From: a virus
Lineage: Duplodnaviria > Caudoviricetes
IMG/VR virus record: IMGVR_UViG_3300022201_000002
Coordinates: 1 to 39,908 of that record
Reading direction: 5' to 3' (one strand)
Length of the DNA stretch: 39,908 bases
Shown in pieces: positions 35,577-39,908 of the stretch. The notes below the pieces were generated by a model that did no database searches, had not been told where the DNA came from, and saw nothing but the letters and a program-made list of their open reading frames with translations. Each line of letters starts with the position of its first letter. Within the stretch, counting starts at the first letter, position 1. A program made the position numbers and the translations under genes.

Positions 35577-35969
35577 ATGGCACCAAGAATCGTATTTGAA
35601 AATCCGGATGGCAGTGTGGGGGTTATAACACCGGGAAAAAATACAACTTTATCAATAGAAGAAATATGTGCTAAGGATGTCCCAGCAGGTGCAGCGTTTG
35701 AAATTGTTGATGAATCAGTTTTGCCTGACCGCACATTCCGTAATGCTTGGGTGAAATCGGGGCCGGGCTTAATTGGTGTAGATATAGCCAAGGCTAAGAA
35801 ATTAGCTCATGATCGAAATGTAGAAAAACGGAAAGGACGATTGGCGGATTTTGATTTAGATGAAATGCCGCAACGTCAATCTGTAAAAAATGAACATTCC
35901 AATATCGCATCGGCAATTGATTCTGCGACTGATGAAACGGAACTTCTGGCAGCGATAGCAAGCTTATGA
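35577..35969 (+). CDS. Tail fibre assembly/accessory protein
   Basis: IEEICAKDVPAG..F.IVD...LP.RTFRNAW; GGAGG RBS supports ATG 35577. Confidence 0.65.
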   Translation: MAPRIVFENPDGSVGVITPGKNTTLSIEEICAKDVPAGAAFEIVDESVLPDRTFRNAWVKSGPGLIGVDIAKAKKLAHDRNVEKRKGRLADFDLDEMPQRQSVKNEHSNIASAIDSATDETELLAAIASL

Positions 35970-36508
35970 GAACATCACAACGCGGCATTGATCTGATCAA
36001 GGCGCATGAAGGCTTCCGCACCAAGGCATATTTGGATCCCGGTTCACAAGATGGCAAACCCTGGACGATCGGCTATGGCCATACGAAGGGCGTCAAAGAG
36101 GGCGATATCATTACAAAGGCGCAGGCGACGGAATTTCTGCGACAGGATGTCAAGGAAGCCGAGAGTCACGTCAATAAGAAAGTCACCGTACCGCTTAATC
36201 AAGGCCAGTTTAATGCGCTCGTTTCATTCGTTTTTAATGTTGGTCGGGGTGCGTTTTCCAGATCCACGATGTTGAGAAAGCTAAACGCCAGCGATTATGC
36301 CGGTGCTGCTAATGAGTTCAAACGCTGGAATAAGAATGATGGCCGCATAATGGAGGGTCTGATAAAACGTCGAGCCGACGAACGCGCTTGCTTTGAATCC
36401 GGGCAAGCGCCAAAATCCGCCGCAGAAATGGTTAAGCAGCTTAAACGACCTGTTAACAAAAAAAAGCCAACCGGGTGGCAAAAGTTCTGGAAATGGCTTA
36501 AGGGATAA
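35966..36508 (+). CDS. Endolysin, GH24 lysozyme
   Basis: GIDLIKAHEG.R.KAY.D......WTIGYGHT; LNQGQFNALVSFVFNVG; GL..RR..E. Confidence 0.95.
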   Translation: MRTSQRGIDLIKAHEGFRTKAYLDPGSQDGKPWTIGYGHTKGVKEGDIITKAQATEFLRQDVKEAESHVNKKVTVPLNQGQFNALVSFVFNVGRGAFSRSTMLRKLNASDYAGAANEFKRWNKNDGRIMEGLIKRRADERACFESGQAPKSAAEMVKQLKRPVNKKKPTGWQKFWKWLKG

Positions 36509-36525
36509 CAACAAGGAGAATATCT

Positions 36526-36708
36526 ATGGACTTCCTATCTGGCAAAAAAACTTATATCGCCGCCATCATCATGATTTTGATGGGTGTTGCGGCATTCTTT
36601 GGAATCAATGTTCCTGGTGTAGAACAGGCGGATGCCGGCCAATTGATCATGAATGGCTTATCATTTTTCTTTGTTCGTATGGGCCTTGCGAAGGCAACGA
36701 CATCATGA
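36526..36708 (+). CDS. Holin (probable)
   Basis: 60 aa, LSGKKTYI plus two hydrophobic segments; AGGAG RBS; next to endolysin. Confidence 0.65.
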   Translation: MDFLSGKKTYIAAIIMILMGVAAFFGINVPGVEQADAGQLIMNGLSFFFVRMGLAKATTS

Positions 36709-37007
36709 CCCTATCGGAATTCAAAGCATGGTTTACCGGCTATACTGAAAATATGGACGGTCCGCCTTCATCGAAACAATGGAAACGCATTAAAAAAATA
36801 GTGAAGGATATTGATGGCGTGGCCATCAGCTATCCTGTTTATATCGAGCGATATGGTCCGTCACGCTATTGGTGTTGGGGAACCAATACGGGCGATTTTG
36901 TGCCAGCCGCATCTAATACCATCACTGTGAACGGAACATTATCTCAAACTGCAATGTATGCTGCCGGCAAGACCGAAGCTGAAGGTTTGCTAGAGTATAG
37001 TAGCTAA
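36705..37007 (+). CDS. Hypothetical protein inserted in lysis cassette
   Basis: MTLSEFKAWFTGYTENMDGPPS.KQW.RIK; ATGA overlap with holin stop. Confidence 0.65.
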   Translation: MTLSEFKAWFTGYTENMDGPPSSKQWKRIKKIVKDIDGVAISYPVYIERYGPSRYWCWGTNTGDFVPAASNTITVNGTLSQTAMYAAGKTEAEGLLEYSS

Positions 37008-37261
37008 TGGCCATAAGCTGGTCATCAATTCTCGCCGGGCAGTTTTTCAAGAAGCTGTTTGGTGCTATCTCGCGTTTTGTAATGTTAGCGCTGGCCTATC
37101 GCAGGGGGCGTTCAGCTGGCGTTAAGGAAACGGTTGCTAAAAAGACCGAGGCGGACCTAGAGGCAATGAAAGTCCGTCAAAAGCATGAGGACATCTTTGC
37201 GAGGCGTTCTGATGCGGAAAACAGGGATGAGGTGAATAATAAGTGGGCCAAAAAGTCATAA
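37007..37261 (+). CDS. Inner-membrane spanin (Rz-like, probable)
   Basis: N-terminal hydrophobic segment, AYRRGR, charged helical tail; overlaps lipoprotein gene. Confidence 0.55.
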   Translation: MAISWSSILAGQFFKKLFGAISRFVMLALAYRRGRSAGVKETVAKKTEADLEAMKVRQKHEDIFARRSDAENRDEVNNKWAKKS

Positions 37262-37449
37262 CGGCCGTTCTGACCCTGTTTCTGGTAGCTTGCGAGACAA
37301 CAAAACCAATAACCGGGGATGCGTGTGGACCATTCGGACCAATCAGACCTCTGCAAACTGATGTGGAACAAATTTCATCGCACCTGCTCAATCGAATAGG
37401 GGTGCATAACAATACGGGGGCTGAATTGTGCGGATGGCAACCATCATAG
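37243..37449 (+). CDS. Outer-membrane spanin lipoprotein (Rz1-like)
   Basis: Lipobox LVAC after hydrophobic leader; C...PI....D......I..HN..G..LCGW. Confidence 0.7.
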   Translation: MGQKVITAVLTLFLVACETTKPITGDACGPFGPIRPLQTDVEQISSHLLNRIGVHNNTGAELCGWQPS

Positions 37450-37754
37450 GCTGGATCGTAGTTGCTCTGACAATGCTACTTGTCGTTGTATCTGTAGCTG
37501 GAGCGCGTTCTCTAACACCAATTACAGAGACCCCATGCGGCCCGTATTCTAGGATTATCGCTGTATTAGGCGCTCAATTTGGCGAAGCGGTAAAGGCGAC
37601 AGGCGTCATTGATGCTCAGCACATAATGCAAACGCTTGTCTCGAAAAACGGTTCATGGACGGTATTGATAATCCGTGTTGATGGTTGGACATGCATCCGG
37701 TCAGCAGGTAAGGATTGGCAAGATACACCTTGGAAGCCGGGGACAAAATCATGA
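37434..37754 (+). CDS. Exported/membrane-anchored hypothetical protein with two Cys
   Basis: Signal-like N-terminus; C.......L..QFGE.....G...S.NGSWTV.....DG.TC....G..W. Confidence 0.65.
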   Translation: MATIIGWIVVALTMLLVVVSVAGARSLTPITETPCGPYSRIIAVLGAQFGEAVKATGVIDAQHIMQTLVSKNGSWTVLIIRVDGWTCIRSAGKDWQDTPWKPGTKS

Positions 37755-38083
37755 CGCGCGAAAGGGGCAGCACTTTTGGTGAGCGGCTCTTTGAGCATGC
37801 TGTAAGCGTTGTGTTGACGGCGGCACTCATTGCTATCGGGGCAATGATTTTCCGGATGGATAAAGAGATTGCTATTGTTATGGAACGTCAGGCCGGCATT
37901 GAAAAACAATTAGCGATTGTAACTGGCCATACGCAAAATAGGTATACAGATCAGGACGCCATACGCGATAGAATGCAAAACGATAAAATGCATGACAAAT
38001 TTGAAGAACGATTGCGCAAATTGGAGGTGGATCACAATCGACGCCCCGGCTTCATAGAACCACGCGGCTTGATAGCCGAATAA
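37751..38083 (+). CDS. Single-TM coiled-coil protein (lysis-associated?)
   Basis: AVSVVLTAALIAIGAMIF then heptads; ATGA overlap; last late gene. Confidence 0.6.
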   Translation: MTRERGSTFGERLFEHAVSVVLTAALIAIGAMIFRMDKEIAIVMERQAGIEKQLAIVTGHTQNRYTDQDAIRDRMQNDKMHDKFEERLRKLEVDHNRRPGFIEPRGLIAE

Positions 38084-38116
38084 GCTTTCCTCCCAAATAA
38101 TCTGCGTAAGAAATTT

Positions 38117-38147
38117 GCCCGCTGGCCGAATGGCTGGCGGGCCTTTT
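38117..38147 (+). terminator. Intrinsic terminator ending the late operon
   Basis: GCCCGCTGGCC-GAAT-GGCTGGCGGGC then CTTTT, at the convergence of + and - strand genes. Confidence 0.75.
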
Positions 38148-38171
38148 AGTTGTCGTTCGTTTTCTCGTTAT

Positions 38172-38345
38172 TCAAATGTTGATCCGCATAAAAAAACGTT
38201 CTGAAAGCCAATCCGTCCACGGAATCATTTTCCCATTTTTATCGAATGGTAATGCGTCTGCTTTTACACTTTTCGCGAGATGCATGAGTGCAGCATCGCC
38301 AAGCGCAAATTTCATTCGCTGTTTTATTGCATCCAGTGTCATCAT
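38172..38345 (-). CDS. Small hypothetical protein (57 aa, MMTLDAIKQRMKFALGD...), below ORF-track cutoff
   Basis: AGGAGG RBS on - strand; open frame to TGA. Confidence 0.55.
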   Translation of the reverse strand: MMTLDAIKQRMKFALGDAALMHLAKSVKADALPFDKNGKMIPWTDWLSERFFMRINI

Positions 38346-38369
38346 ATCCTCCTATCGGGCCTTTACTGG

Positions 38370-38663
38370 TTATCGCAGATCATCCAAACGACCGACTTGC
38401 TGACGCAATATTGCAGTCCGATTTGATAATTCATTTATGCGATCAGCTAATTCACCCATCTTGCCTTTCGGCTCTGCTTTTAAGTTAGGTTCTTTCATAT
38501 CGCTATCCGGCTCAGGCCCTAAAAGGATATCAGCCGTTGCCCGTATAGACTCAGTTGATTGGATAATTTCCCGCTGAATTTCCTCCATATCATTAAGATA
38601 TCGAGATATGCGGCTTTCGGTCGTTGGGTCTTGAATAAAAGTCGATCCGGATAAATCAGACAT
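38370..38663 (-). CDS. Coiled-coil hypothetical protein
   Basis: AAGGAG RBS; 97 aa. Confidence 0.65.
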   Translation of the reverse strand: MSDLSGSTFIQDPTTESRISRYLNDMEEIQREIIQSTESIRATADILLGPEPDSDMKEPNLKAEPKGKMGELADRINELSNRTAILRQQVGRLDDLR

Positions 38664-38693
38664 TAACCTATCTCCTTTGGGGGCCTTTTCTGG

Positions 38694-38969
38694 TTATACA
38701 TTGGCTGTCGATATTTCGACATCGGCAATCAATTCCTCAAGGCGTTTTCGATCATCATGATCTCGCGCACACCGCTTTGAACAAAACTGCAAATCCGAAC
38801 CAACGACAAGCAGCCGCTCACCACCAGGCTTTGGAAATGGTTTTCCGCAATTAGAGCAATATCTATGGCGCAAATTCATAACGGGCCTTTTCTGTTGGTC
38901 AAATTGCCACAATCCGCTCCTTAAGTTGCCGTGCAATTTCCAAGATTGAAAATAGCTGGGTTTGTCCAC
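38694..38969 (-). CDS. Small zinc-finger protein (start uncertain, perhaps TTG 38912)
   Basis: YCSNCGKPF...FCSKRCA TRASH/MYM-like Cys pattern. Confidence 0.6.
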   Translation of the reverse strand: MDKPSYFQSWKLHGNLRSGLWQFDQQKRPVMNLRHRYCSNCGKPFPKPGGERLLVVGSDLQFCSKRCARDHDDRKRLEELIADVEISTANV

Positions 38970-39199
38970 GGCATTGGGAAACCCAATTCTCGCATTAAAA
39001 ATTGCAATGCTTTTTCAGGGCTATAAGTGTCATACCAAACGATTGCGCGGAAACGGTCTGCTTCTTCCACTGGGTAGCCTTGCTCATCCTGAACCTGTTC
39101 AATGTGCCAGCAAATTTTATCGCACACTCCAAGATCGATCAGTTCAAAGTTAGTAAGCCGATCCACTCTATATTCGCCCTCAAAATGCACAGCCATCAT
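38921..39199 (-). CDS. Hypothetical protein
   Basis: AAGGAG RBS; tandem with neighbours. Confidence 0.6.
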   Translation of the reverse strand: MMAVHFEGEYRVDRLTNFELIDLGVCDKICWHIEQVQDEQGYPVEEADRFRAIVWYDTYSPEKALQFLMRELGFPMPWTNPAIFNLGNCTAT

Positions 39200-39206
39200 C
39201 CGCTCC

Positions 39207-39476
39207 TTAATTGTTGGCGAGTTCTAAAAGCACATCAGCGTGGCACGGCTTATCAAGCGGACACCAGCAAGCTAGATTTTTGCCGGCCAGTTCTGATCGT
39301 ATAGTTCTCGCGATCGGCGTAACCGAAACGCGAAATGCCGCAACCGCTTTTTCAGCAGTGGGGAATTCAGGACCAACAGGAAATGGATTTCCCCATATCG
39401 TAGACCGATCAACCTTCACTGTGTTCGGCGGCATTCGCCAGCCTTTTGTTCGTTTTAATTGAATGCGCTTAGGCAT
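39207..39476 (-). CDS. DUF4326-family protein
   Basis: PKRIQLKRTKGWRMPPNTV.VDRST.WGNPF...ELAGKNLACWCPLDKPCHADVLLELAN. Confidence 0.88.
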   Translation of the reverse strand: MPKRIQLKRTKGWRMPPNTVKVDRSTIWGNPFPVGPEFPTAEKAVAAFRVSVTPIARTIRSELAGKNLACWCPLDKPCHADVLLELANN

Positions 39477-39496
39477 GATACATTTTCTATCGCTTC

Positions 39497-39694
39497 TTAA
39501 TTGGCCTTCATTCGTTCACGAATGCCTGCCGGCTCGACAATATGGCTAATGTGACCATCGCCATTAATCTCATTCAATATCTCAATCCATTGATCATTGA
39601 TTTCCAATGAGATGCGAATACGACCACTATGGACATCCAAATGAACGCCTGAGATTTCAATCACGGGCTGATATTGACGTGGAAGTGTGTCCAT
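39497..39694 (-). CDS. Hypothetical protein
   Basis: AGGAG RBS; 65 aa. Confidence 0.6.
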   Translation of the reverse strand: MDTLPRQYQPVIEISGVHLDVHSGRIRISLEINDQWIEILNEINGDGHISHIVEPAGIRERMKAN

Positions 39695-39872
39695 AATCCG
39701 CTCCTGTGTCTTGCTTTGCTTTATGCAAACGACTCATTAAACTTTGTGGAACGCCTTCGCCGCGATCCCATATATCCACAATCTGGGCTGTCAACCTGTC
39801 AACGTCTGTTGATAGTGATGCACGCCATTTCCGTCCTGGACTATGTTCACATTGTGATTTGTGGCGTCGCAT
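39657..39872 (-). CDS. Hypothetical protein
   Basis: GAGG upstream; 71 aa; overlaps next gene by 38 bp. Confidence 0.45.
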   Translation of the reverse strand: MRRHKSQCEHSPGRKWRASLSTDVDRLTAQIVDIWDRGEGVPQSLMSRLHKAKQDTGADYGHTSTSISARD

Positions 39873-39908
39873 TGCCTCAGCCTCTCGTTCGGTGCCCTCA
39901 AAATCAAA

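Larger units (their letters stand above)
1..39908. mobile_element. Podovirus-type dsDNA phage/prophage genome segment (replication, packaging, head, short tail, ejection and lysis modules); probable alphaproteobacterial host
   Basis: Collinear TerS-TerL-portal-scaffold-capsid-adaptor-nozzle-ejection-fibre-lysis genes; no tape measure, tail tube or sheath; no host housekeeping genes; no att site or integrase seen. Confidence 0.95.

Noticed and set aside
7762-36514. Many 60-200 aa alternate-frame and antisense ORFs within the structural genes
   Set aside because: Shadow ORFs fully overlapping long, well-supported, translationally coupled + strand genes
1-39908. CRISPR array, integrase/att sites, alternative genetic code
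   Set aside because: No regularly spaced repeats or recombinase motifs seen; ORFs are long and tightly packed under the standard code

Overview
The whole window is bacteriophage DNA: most of a short-tailed (podovirus-type) dsDNA phage or prophage genome. The host is probably an Alphaproteobacterium (Rhizobiales-like), inferred from an Omp25/RopB-type outer-membrane gene and a stand-alone DnaA domain-IV gene. Order on the + strand: RusA, DnaA-C HTH, HNH, replication initiator, DNA methyltransferase and a putative late regulator; an accessory region (OMP, a ~470-nt highly structured non-coding tract, small ORFs, an inverted LPD29+XRE cassette with its own promoter/operator); TerS, TerL and portal; an unusual 12.5-kb, ten-gene, tightly coupled cassette of large acidic Thr/Ser/Gly/Asp-rich proteins ending in a DUF4838-like glycoside-hydrolase-fold protein; scaffold, major capsid, decoration, adaptor, nozzle, GNAT, three ejection-type proteins, tail fibre and lysis genes; then a terminator and small - strand early-type genes. 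No integrase, clear CI-type immunity region, CRISPR array, reverse transcriptase or canonical tRNA is visible. The best candidates for something new are the portal-linked cassette, the tRNA-like structured RNA cluster at 5346-5807, and a 31-aa repeat of a cassette protein that reappears in a small unrelated ORF 13 kb upstream. All family assignments are from motif recognition by eye; no searches were run.
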